From the NCBI GenBank assembly GCA_016872675.1, contig VGZG01000001.1, positions 77,182 to 141,181 of the forward strand: 64,000 nucleotides of DNA. The letters are read 5' to 3'. Numbering within the stretch: the first letter of the stretch is position 1; each line of letters starts with the position of its first letter. Positions 46,838 to 54,951 of the stretch are shown here, piece by piece. A program made the translations under genes and the position numbers. The notes under the pieces are model-generated. The model did not search any database. It saw nothing but the letters and a program-made list of their open reading frames with translations, and was not told where the DNA came from. Origin of the DNA: Planctomycetota bacterium. Its GTDB lineage: Bacteria; Planctomycetota; UBA1135; UBA2386.

Positions 46838-47350
46838 TCAGGATCCGAGCTGCGCGCCAGCCAGAGCCAACGCCTGGGCCATCGCCTCGGCGCACGCCAC
46901 CGGCGAACGATTGGCCGCGTCCGCCCATGCATCGACGACCGGCGGCGCGCCCGCCGGCGGCGCGCCGACAAAGGCGAAACGCACGTGCGCGCGCGGCGCC
47001 CCGGTGACGTCGAGTTCGAAGGCTTCGAGCTGGATCGCGCACGGCGCGCCGGCGAGTCGACCGCCGAGCGTTCGGCCGACGAACAGCGAGCACAGCGCCG
47101 CCGGCTCGTCGACCCACTGGTTGCCGGCGTCGAGCGCGAACTCGCGCGGCCCGACGCGCACCGCGAACGGCTGGCGCAGGTGCGGCGCCGCCGTCGCTCG
47201 CACCACGGCGACCGCCGCCTGGCCGCCGGCCGGTGGCAGCGGGTCGAACCAGCGCACCGGCGGCAAAGCCGGCGACGACGAGAGGCACGCCGCCAGCGCG
47301 ACGCACGACAGCGCGGCAACAGGGCCGCGGATCGGACGGAAGGAGATCAT
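46838..47350 (-). CDS. ABC-type transport auxiliary lipoprotein (DUF330 / PqiC-like)
   Basis: Start ATG 47350 (ATGA overlap with the MCE gene). Lipobox ALSCVALAACLS. About 170 aa, last gene of the Mla/MCE operon. Confidence 0.62.
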   Translation of the reverse strand: MISFRPIRGPVAALSCVALAACLSSSPALPPVRWFDPLPPAGGQAAVAVVRATAAPHLRQPFAVRVGPREFALDAGNQWVDEPAALCSLFVGRTLGGRLAGAPCAIQLEAFELDVTGAPRAHVRFAFVGAPPAGAPPVVDAWADAANRSPVACAEAMAQALALAGAQLGS

Positions 47351-48372
47351 CGCTTCTGCTCCTGCAACGGCGAACTCGCGTTGGTCCGGCCGCGCAACAG
47401 CGCGCCGGGGTCGCGTTCGAGCATCGCCATCAGTTGTTCGATCGCCACCAGCGTGCGGCGCAGCTGCGCCAACTCGCCCTGCACGTCGGCCGACAGCGAC
47501 GACGCGGCCGCTGCGGCGCCGCGCAACGACGCGGCGACGTCGGCAGCACGCACCGCCGCGAGCTCGCCGTCGAGTCGCGCGATCAGCTTGCGCACGTCGC
47601 CAAGCGTCTGGCCGACGGGACTCTGTTCGTCGCGCAGGCTGCCGGCGGCATCGGCAACGGCCGTCGCCGCCTTCTCCCACGCGTCCAGCGTCGCCACGCC
47701 CTCGCCGACCACGCCGCGCTTCTCGAAGTCGTCGAGCACGCGATTGGTGCGTTGCAGCAGCTCCTGCAACTGGCGCGAAACCTCGGGCAGGCGCACGCCC
47801 TGCAACTCGGTGCGCAGCAGGCTGACCAGCTCGTTGGCCGACTTCGCCATGTCGGGCAGCACGCGCAGCACATCGCGGCTGGCATCCTCGAGGCTCTTGG
47901 CGGTGCTCGGCACCGTGCGCAACACCTGCTTCCCCGGATCGAGCGCGAACGGGACTTGCTGCGGGCCCGTCGACGGGTCCGTAAAGTAGTCGACCTGCAC
48001 GAACGACGTGCCGGTGACCCACGACATCACGATCTGCGCGCGCAGGTTGCCCGGCATCGCCGACTCGCCATCGAGCCGTTGCGCGTCGAGGCCGAGCCGC
48101 GCCAGCTTCTCGTCGTAGAGGGCGAAGCGCACCTCGAGGTGACGGCGATCCGGCGCGGCGCCGATGTCGTCGACGACGCCGACGGTGACGCCGCGATACA
48201 TGACCGGCGAACCGACCTCGAGGCCGGTCACTGCCTCGTCGAAGTAGGCGAACACGGGCTTCGACTCCTTGCGCAATTCGCGCACGCCGACCCACGTCAG
48301 CACGGCAAGGCTGGACGCACAGCCGGCGAGGACGAACAGCCCGAGCTTCCAACGGTTGGCGGGAGCGGTCAT
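47347..48372 (-). CDS. MlaD/MCE-domain protein with long C-terminal coiled coil
   Basis: Start ATG 48372. N-terminal TM, then MCE block FDEAVTGLEVGSPVMYRGVTVGVV. Confidence 0.85.
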   Translation of the reverse strand: MTAPANRWKLGLFVLAGCASSLAVLTWVGVRELRKESKPVFAYFDEAVTGLEVGSPVMYRGVTVGVVDDIGAAPDRRHLEVRFALYDEKLARLGLDAQRLDGESAMPGNLRAQIVMSWVTGTSFVQVDYFTDPSTGPQQVPFALDPGKQVLRTVPSTAKSLEDASRDVLRVLPDMAKSANELVSLLRTELQGVRLPEVSRQLQELLQRTNRVLDDFEKRGVVGEGVATLDAWEKAATAVADAAGSLRDEQSPVGQTLGDVRKLIARLDGELAAVRAADVAASLRGAAAAASSLSADVQGELAQLRRTLVAIEQLMAMLERDPGALLRGRTNASSPLQEQKR

Positions 48373-49112
48373 TGATTCCTTGGCGACGACTGGCGGCGGA
48401 AGAAGGCGAGCACGCGCGGATCGGCGGCGTGCTCGGCGAGATCGCGCGGCGCGCCGCGCGCGATGACGCCGCCGGCCTCGCGATCGAGCATAAGGCACTG
48501 GTCGGCGATCTTGAGAATGCTAGGCAACTCGTGCGTGACCAGCACGATGGTCACCGACAGGCCGCGCGCGAGGGTGAGGATCAATTCGTCGAGCTCAGCC
48601 GCGGTCACCGGGTCGAGGCCGGCCGACGGCTCGTCGAGGAAGAGGATCGGCGGATCGAGCGCAAGCGCGCGCGCGATGCCGGCGCGCTTGCGCATGCCGC
48701 CCGAGACCTCTGACGGCAGCTTCTGCGCGGCCAGCTCGAGTCCGACGAGGCGCAGCCGCGCCAGCGCCACCTCGCGCACGGCGTCCTGCGGCAGTTGTGT
48801 CCACTTCTGCAGCGGCAGCATCACGTTCTGCAGCAGCGTCCAGGAGCCGAACAGCGCCGCCGACTGGAACAGCACGCCGAACTGCGGCGGCGACATCGCC
48901 TGCTCGGGCGTGCCGATGCCGCGGAAGTGCACACGGCCGGCTAGCGGCGCTTGCAGGCCGATCAGCGTGCGCAGCAGCGTCGACTTGCCGCAACCCGAGC
49001 CGCCGAGAATCGCGAACACCTGGCCACGCAGCACGTCGAAGGCGATCTCGTCGAGCAACGGCACGCCGCCGTAGCCGATCTTCAGGTCGCGCACTTCGAG
49101 GACAACAGTCAT
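48369..49112 (-). CDS. mlaF: MlaF-type ABC transporter ATP-binding protein
   Basis: Walker A GGSGCGKST, signature VSGGMRKRAGIARAL, Walker B LFLDEP, H-loop VTHEL. Confidence 0.9.
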   Translation of the reverse strand: MTVVLEVRDLKIGYGGVPLLDEIAFDVLRGQVFAILGGSGCGKSTLLRTLIGLQAPLAGRVHFRGIGTPEQAMSPPQFGVLFQSAALFGSWTLLQNVMLPLQKWTQLPQDAVREVALARLRLVGLELAAQKLPSEVSGGMRKRAGIARALALDPPILFLDEPSAGLDPVTAAELDELILTLARGLSVTIVLVTHELPSILKIADQCLMLDREAGGVIARGAPRDLAEHAADPRVLAFFRRQSSPRNQ

Positions 49113-49115
49113 GGC

Positions 49116-50237
49116 TCACCAGTCCAGCAGCGAGAAGACCCAGGTGAACGCCGCGTCGAGCGCGACCAGCGCGAACAACACGACGACGACCGCCGAAGTG
49201 GTCGAGCGGCCGACGCCGTCGGCGCCGCCGCGAGTGGCGAGGCCGCGCTGGCAAGCGATCAAGCCGATGGCGATCCCAAACACGATGCTCTTCATCAAGC
49301 CGGTGCCGATGTCGAGCATGTCGATCCACTGCTGAAACACCTGCACGTAGACGACGGCCGGTTGCTGCAGATAGCCGACGGCGATCGCCATGCCGCCGAG
49401 CGTGCCGAGGAAGTCGCCGACGATGGTCATCGCCGGCACGACCACCACCATCGCCAGCACGCGCGGGAACACCAGGAAGCGCTGCGGGTCCTGGCCGAGC
49501 GTGCGCAGCGCGTCGATCTCCTCGTTGACCGTCATCGTGCCGAGCTCGGCGGCGTACGCCGCGCCCGAACGGCCGGTGATCAGGATCGCGGTCATCAGCG
49601 GGCCGAGTTCGCGCACCACCGACAATCCGACGAGGCTCGCCAGGAACTGGTCACCGCCGAAGCGGTGTAGCTGGATCGCGCCCTGCAGGCCGAGGATCGC
49701 GCCGACCAGGAAGTTGATCAGCATCACGATCGGCAGGCCGTCGGCGCCGGCGCGCTCGACCAGCAGGCCGAACTCGCCCATGTGCACGGTGCGCGGCTGG
49801 CGGATCGCGCGACCGACGCTCCAGACCAGGTCGCCGAGGAAGGCGAGGATCGCCTGCGTCGTGCGCCACGTGTCGTGCGCGAAGTCGCCGACGTCGCCGA
49901 GCAACGACGACGGCGCCGGATCCGGTTCGTCGCCCGCGCCGTGGCGCGCACTGTCGTACAGGGCGAGAAGGTGCGCGACTTCGCCGGTCGCGCCGACGAA
50001 GCGGAACGGCCGGCCGCCGCGCGCCCAATTGGCGCGCACCGCCTGCAGCAGCGCCGCCGCGCCGCCGTCGAGCCGCGCGACACCGGCGAGGTCGATGGTC
50101 GCCGCCGTGGCCCCGGCCAGCGCCTGCCGCAGCTCCTGCCACAACGCCGCGCCGTCGGCGAGCGTGACCGAGCCGGTGAGCGAGACCCGGCGCTCGGCGC
50201 CGTCGTCGCGGGTCAGCGAATAGCCGGTGGGCGCCAT
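49116..50237 (-). CDS. mlaE: MlaE-type ABC permease with N-terminal STAS (MlaB-like) domain
   Basis: The first ~95 aa resemble an anti-sigma-antagonist/STAS fold (SLTGSVTLADGAALWQEL...IDLAGVARLDGGAAALL). The remainder is MlaE (GPLMTAILITGRSGAAYAAELGTMTVNEEIDAL). Confidence 0.87.
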   Translation of the reverse strand: MAPTGYSLTRDDGAERRVSLTGSVTLADGAALWQELRQALAGATAATIDLAGVARLDGGAAALLQAVRANWARGGRPFRFVGATGEVAHLLALYDSARHGAGDEPDPAPSSLLGDVGDFAHDTWRTTQAILAFLGDLVWSVGRAIRQPRTVHMGEFGLLVERAGADGLPIVMLINFLVGAILGLQGAIQLHRFGGDQFLASLVGLSVVRELGPLMTAILITGRSGAAYAAELGTMTVNEEIDALRTLGQDPQRFLVFPRVLAMVVVVPAMTIVGDFLGTLGGMAIAVGYLQQPAVVYVQVFQQWIDMLDIGTGLMKSIVFGIAIGLIACQRGLATRGGADGVGRSTTSAVVVVLFALVALDAAFTWVFSLLDW

Positions 50238-50398
50238 CGGTGCCGGGGTCAGCCCTTGCCACCCTTGCTGGCGCGCGGCGCCGGGGCGGCGATGGTCGGC
50301 CCGGTCGCGCGCGCCGGCGCAGTCGCTGCTGCCGCCGCGGCGTCGAGGCGGTCGCCGAGCCGCACGCAGCGGACGTCGCGGCGCATCGCGTCCTTGCC

Positions 50399-50419
50399 GA
50401 TCATGCCGCGATCATGCCG
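50399..50419. promoter_or_regulatory. Tandem direct repeat GATCATGCCG-C-GATCATGCCG in the mlaE / MFS divergent region
   Basis: Exact 10-nt repeat with 11-nt period. It lies 78-98 nt upstream of the MFS start codon. Confidence 0.25.
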
Positions 50420-50496
50420 ACGGCAGCGCGCTGGCGCACCTACGAACCCGATGGCCGAATGCTTGCCCGCCGCGCCGCCGCGGCGACACTGCGGCG

Positions 50497-51786
50497 ATGG
50501 CGGCGCCCGCTGTTCCCCACTCGACGCAGGGACGACTGCGCGCCGCCGCATGGGTCCTGTACGACCTCGCCAACACCGTCTACGCGGCGACGCTGACGTT
50601 CCTGTTCACGCCGTACGTCAAGCAGGCGCTCGGCGACGACCTGCGCGGGCTCGGCCTCGTGCAGTTGGCCTCGATGGCGCTCGCCGGCCTGTTGGTGCCG
50701 GTGTTCGGCGCGCTGCTCGACCAGACCGCGCGCACGCGGGGCTACCTGACGATCGCGACGCTGCTGTGCATCGCCGCCACGGCCGCCTTCGGCGCCGACG
50801 TCGCACCGGGCTGGCTGCTGGCGTTCTTCTTCGTCGCCAACGTCACCTACAACCTCGGCCTGCTGTTCTACAACGCGCTGCTGCCGGCGGTCGCCGCGCC
50901 CGGCAGCGAAGGCCGGCTCGGCGGGCTCGGCACCGGGCTTGGCTACTTCGGCACGATCGTCGTGCTGGCGGTGCTGGTGCCGCTGCCGGTCGACGACGCG
51001 ACGCGCTTCCCGCTGGCGGCGCTGCTGTTCCTCGTCACCGCCGCGCCGTGTCTGCTGCTGGTGCGCGACCCGCGCCGGCCGCGCGGCAACGGCTCGGTGG
51101 CGGCGGTGCGCGCGGCCTTCGCGCGACTCGGCGCGACCCTGCGCGACCTGCCGCGCCAGCGCGCGCTGCTGTGGTTCCTGATCGGCAACTTCTGCCTCGT
51201 CGACGTGCTCAACACGGCGGTGCTCTACTTCGCCGACTTCACCACCTCGGTGTTCCAGAACGCCGCGGCGCTGGGCCCGCTGCAGTTGCTCGGCGTCGAG
51301 TTCGCCGGCGCGAACGCGATGCGCGACTTCGTCATCGTGCTCGGCCTGCTGCTCAACGGTCTCGCGCTCGTGTTCGGCATCGTGCAGGGCCGGCTCAGCG
51401 ACCGCGCGCCGCTGCGGGTGATGCGCAGCAGCGGCTTCGCGCTGCTGGTGGCGCTCGTCGGCGGGGCGCTGTTCGGCGGCCGCTCCGAGCTCGGCTACGC
51501 GCTCACGCTCGTCGTCGCCGGCGCGTACGGCCTCGCCGGCGTCTGGACCGCCGGCCGCACCGTCGTCGTGCTGCTGGCCCCGCCTGATCGCGTCGGCGAG
51601 TACTTCGGCCTCTACGGCATCACCGTCAAACTGTCGGTCGTCGGCAGCGCCGTCTACGGTTTCGTCGAATACTACGCCGGCGCCAAGCCGGCGATGCTGG
51701 CACAGAGCGCACAGCTGTTGATCGGCCTGCTGTGCCTCGCCATGGTGCGCGTTCCCGCCACGCCGCCAGCGGCTACCGCCCGATGA
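50497..51786 (+). CDS. MFS transporter (UMF1/Atg22-like family)
   Basis: Start ATG 50497. 12 TM segments. WVLYDLANTVYA opening is typical of the UMF1 family. Confidence 0.83.
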   Translation: MAAPAVPHSTQGRLRAAAWVLYDLANTVYAATLTFLFTPYVKQALGDDLRGLGLVQLASMALAGLLVPVFGALLDQTARTRGYLTIATLLCIAATAAFGADVAPGWLLAFFFVANVTYNLGLLFYNALLPAVAAPGSEGRLGGLGTGLGYFGTIVVLAVLVPLPVDDATRFPLAALLFLVTAAPCLLLVRDPRRPRGNGSVAAVRAAFARLGATLRDLPRQRALLWFLIGNFCLVDVLNTAVLYFADFTTSVFQNAAALGPLQLLGVEFAGANAMRDFVIVLGLLLNGLALVFGIVQGRLSDRAPLRVMRSSGFALLVALVGGALFGGRSELGYALTLVVAGAYGLAGVWTAGRTVVVLLAPPDRVGEYFGLYGITVKLSVVGSAVYGFVEYYAGAKPAMLAQSAQLLIGLLCLAMVRVPATPPAATAR

Positions 51787-52772
51787 CCGCCGACGATGAC
51801 ACGCCTGCCCGCGCGCCGCGCGAAGCGCTGTGGCAGCGCGCCGCCGTTGGCGTCGTCGCCGCACTGATCGCCGCGATCGGCGCGCTGCCGACGGCGCTCG
51901 CGTACGGCTTCGGCACGCTGCTGGCCGTGCCGTGGTTCCTGTGGTGGTGCGTCACCGACCGCGGCGGCCGCAGCAGCAGCGGCTACTGGCGCAACTGCCG
52001 CATCGTCTTCCGTCCTGGCTCGCCGCTCGGCCCGACGCGGCCGCCGCGGCACCTCTGGCGCTGGTCGCAGCACATCGCCTGGATCGTCATCGACTTCTGC
52101 CGCATGCGCCGGATCACCGCAGCCAACGTCGCGCAGCACGTCGACCTCGTCGAGTTCGCGCGAATGCGGGCCGCCTTCGACCAGGGCAAGGGCCTGATCT
52201 GCGCCACCGGCCACATCGGCGTCTGGGACGTCGCCGGCCACGCCACCGTGCTGCTCGGCATACCGCTGACTAGCGTGTTCCGGCCAAGCCCGCTGCCGGC
52301 GCTCAACCGGCTGATCGAGCGGCTGCGCACCGGCGCCGGCCAGACCGTCGTCGCGCGCAAGAACGTCCTGCGCACGCTGCTCAAGGTGCTCGGGCGCAAA
52401 GAGGCCGTCGGCATCCTCACCGACGGCGGTGGCAAGCACAGCGCCGTCGAAGCGCCGTTCCTCGGCACCGCCTCGCAAACCGTCGCCAGCCCAGCGCTGC
52501 TGCACCTCGCCACCGGCGCGCCGATCGCCGTCGTCGCCGTGCTGCGTACCGGACCGATGCGCTACCGCATGCGCGTGCTCGACGTCATCGCCGACGCCGG
52601 CACCGGCGACCGCGAAGCCGACATGCTGGCGATCACGGCGCGCATCAACCGCGGCCTGACCCAGGCGATCGCCGAGGCGCCCGAGCAGTGGTTCTGGCAG
52701 GGACGGCGGTTTCGCCACCAGCCGCGGGGCGAGACGCCCGGGCCGGACGGACTGCCGCCGCAGGCAGGGTGA
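51783..52772 (+). CDS. Lipid A biosynthesis (LpxL/HtrB-type) lauroyl/LPLAT-family acyltransferase
   Basis: ATGA overlap with the MFS gene. N-terminal TM. Catalytic block ATGHIGVWDVAG (H-X4-D, compare HxGNWE). ILTDGGG block and C-terminal PEQWFWQGRRF (family PEQYxWxHRRFK-like). Confidence 0.8.
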   Translation: MTADDDTPARAPREALWQRAAVGVVAALIAAIGALPTALAYGFGTLLAVPWFLWWCVTDRGGRSSSGYWRNCRIVFRPGSPLGPTRPPRHLWRWSQHIAWIVIDFCRMRRITAANVAQHVDLVEFARMRAAFDQGKGLICATGHIGVWDVAGHATVLLGIPLTSVFRPSPLPALNRLIERLRTGAGQTVVARKNVLRTLLKVLGRKEAVGILTDGGGKHSAVEAPFLGTASQTVASPALLHLATGAPIAVVAVLRTGPMRYRMRVLDVIADAGTGDREADMLAITARINRGLTQAIAEAPEQWFWQGRRFRHQPRGETPGPDGLPPQAG

Positions 52773-52815
52773 CGGGGCGCGCCCGCGCGCTGGTCGACGG
52801 CCCAGCCGCACGCGA

Positions 52816-52852
52816 CCTTCACGGCCCCTTCACGGAAGTCACTCGGTGACTT
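52816..52852 (+). promoter_or_regulatory. Candidate Pho box: CCTTCACGG direct repeat (11-bp phase) plus adjacent palindrome AAGTCAC-TCG-GTGACTT
   Basis: CCTTCACGG at 52816-52824 and 52827-52835. Perfect 7-bp inverted repeat at 52836-52852. The whole element lies 64-100 nt upstream of the pstS ATG. Confidence 0.4.
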
Positions 52853-52915
52853 AACGCAGCCAACGATGCTGCTGTGGCGCATTTGCGTTCAGCCCACCCC
52901 CCAGAGACCCACCGC

Positions 52916-53770
52916 ATGAAGCTCGCCCTCACCCTCGCCTCCGCCTGCCTCGTGACCGTCGCCTGCGGCGGCGGCAAGAAGGAGATCCAGAACCTCGGCT
53001 CCGACACCATGCTCGAGGTCGCCGGCGCGCTCGCCGAGGCCTACCAGAAGGTCAAGCCGGAGGTCATCGTCTCGGTGTCCGGCGGCGGCTCGGGCGTCGG
53101 CATCGCGGCGATGATGTCCGGCGACGTCGACATCGCCAACAGCAGCCGCAAGATGAAGGAGAAGGAGGAGGAGGAGGCGAAGAAGCACGGCTACTCCCCC
53201 ACCCACACGTCGATCGGCTACGACGGCATCGCGATCTACGTCCACAAGGACAACCCGCTCAAGGCGGTCACCATGGCGCAGCTCAAGGAGCTCTTCGGCG
53301 ACGGCGGCAAGGTCGCCAAGTGGAGCGACCTCGGCATCGACCTCGGCGGCGACGCCGACAAGGTCGTGCTCGCCAGCCGCCAGAACAACAGCGGCACGTA
53401 CGAGTTCTTCCGCGAGGCCGTGCTCGGCGGCGACAAGGGCCGCTTCAAGCCGGAGTGCAACAACCTCAACGGCAGCAAGGACGTCGTCGACTTCTGCGCC
53501 AAGACGAAGAGCGCGATCGGCTACAGCGGCATCGCCTACGCCACCGACCAGGTGCGCGTGGTCCCGGTGATCAAGGCCGACGGCGCGCCGGCGGTCATGC
53601 CGACGGTCGACAGCGTGCTCGACGGCAGCTACGCCATCCGCCGCCCGCTCTACATGATCACCAAGGGCGCCGCGACCGGCGACACCAAGGACTACCTCGA
53701 CTGGATCGTCGGCGACGCCGGCCAGAAGGTGCTCCAGGACAAGGGCTACATCCCGCTGCGCAAGCTATGA
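52916..53770 (+). CDS. pstS: Phosphate ABC transporter substrate-binding lipoprotein
   Basis: Start ATG 52916. Lipobox LASACLVTVAC. PBP blocks GSDTMLEVAG, VSGGGSGVGI, NSGTYEFF, GYSGIAY. Confidence 0.93.
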   Translation: MKLALTLASACLVTVACGGGKKEIQNLGSDTMLEVAGALAEAYQKVKPEVIVSVSGGGSGVGIAAMMSGDVDIANSSRKMKEKEEEEAKKHGYSPTHTSIGYDGIAIYVHKDNPLKAVTMAQLKELFGDGGKVAKWSDLGIDLGGDADKVVLASRQNNSGTYEFFREAVLGGDKGRFKPECNNLNGSKDVVDFCAKTKSAIGYSGIAYATDQVRVVPVIKADGAPAVMPTVDSVLDGSYAIRRPLYMITKGAATGDTKDYLDWIVGDAGQKVLQDKGYIPLRKL

Positions 53771-53836
53771 GCCACGGCGCGCGGCCGGGCATTTCGTGCT
53801 CGACCGCGACGCGCGCGCGCGGTCGCATGGACGACC

Positions 53837-54949
53837 GTGCCGCCGGCCGCCGTCGCGGCCGGCACCCCTGACCCATCGAGACTCCCCACCGTGTCCCACT
53901 ACGAAGAACGCCTGCAGCGCGATCTCAACTGGATCCAGGACCTCGTCGGCATCGTCGGCCAGGCGGTGACCAAGGCGATCGACGACGCGGCGACGTCGAT
54001 CCTGCGGGTCGACAAGGACCTGGCGGCGGAGACCGTGGTCGGCGACTACACGACCAATCGCCAGACCCGCGAGCTCGACCGCCTCTGCCACGCGTTCGTC
54101 GCCCGCCACCTGCCGAGCGCCGGCCACCTGCGCTACGTCTCGGCGGTGCTGCGGCTCAACATCGCGCTCGAGCGCATCGGCGACTACGCCGCGACGATCT
54201 CGCGCAGCGCCGCGCAGTTGACGGCGCCGCCCCCAGCCGTGGTCGCGCGCAACATCGAGATGATGTGCGAGCAGGCGCGCCGCATGCTGGCCGAAGGCAT
54301 GCGCAGCTTCCAGCACAAGGACGTCGCGCTCGCCAACAACACGCTCGCGTCGGCAGCGCAGTTCGCCCGCCACTTCGACAAGGTGTTCGCCGACCTGGTC
54401 AAGGAAGGCGAGGCCGACAGCCGCCCGGTTGCCGAGTTGTTCTCGCTGATGGCGACGCTCAACCGCCTCGAGCGCGTCATCCACCAAGCCAAGAACATCT
54501 GTGAGGAGACGATCTTCGTCGCCAGCGGCAAGACCAAGGGCGAGAAGACCTTCCAGATCCTGTTCGTCGATGCCAAGAACAACGGCCTGAGCCAGCTGGC
54601 CGAGCACTTCACGCGCAAGGCCTTCCCGCAGAGCGGCCGCTACCGCAGCGCCGGCTGGGACGCCGCCGAGGAGGTCGATCCGGCGTGGGGCCGCTTCGGC
54701 CAGACGGTCGGCGTCGACCTGCAGAAGGCATGGCCGACGCCGCTGGCGTCGCTACTGCCGCAACTCGACGATTACCAGATCGTCGTCGGCTTCGGCAAGG
54801 AAGCGCGCGACAAGGTCGGCCGCGTGCCATTCCACACTACGATGCTCATCTGGGACGCGCCGACCGGCGACCCCGAGACGGCGTACCGGAGCCTGACGCC
54901 GAAGGTCCGCGAGCTGATGGAGCGCCTGCGCGGCGAACAGGCGAGCTGA
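53837..54949 (+). CDS. phoU: PhoU-domain protein fused to a degenerate low-molecular-weight phosphatase/ArsC-like domain
   Basis: N-terminal two-repeat PhoU (LERIGDYAATI; LNRLERVIHQAKNICEE). C-terminal ~135 aa: FQILFVDAKNNGLSQLAEHF...YRSAGWD...YQIVVGFG...LIWDAP. An alternative GTG start at 53891 (VSHYEERLQ) is likely. Confidence 0.85.
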   Translation: MPPAAVAAGTPDPSRLPTVSHYEERLQRDLNWIQDLVGIVGQAVTKAIDDAATSILRVDKDLAAETVVGDYTTNRQTRELDRLCHAFVARHLPSAGHLRYVSAVLRLNIALERIGDYAATISRSAAQLTAPPPAVVARNIEMMCEQARRMLAEGMRSFQHKDVALANNTLASAAQFARHFDKVFADLVKEGEADSRPVAELFSLMATLNRLERVIHQAKNICEETIFVASGKTKGEKTFQILFVDAKNNGLSQLAEHFTRKAFPQSGRYRSAGWDAAEEVDPAWGRFGQTVGVDLQKAWPTPLASLLPQLDDYQIVVGFGKEARDKVGRVPFHTTMLIWDAPTGDPETAYRSLTPKVRELMERLRGEQAS

Positions 54950-54951
54950 CC

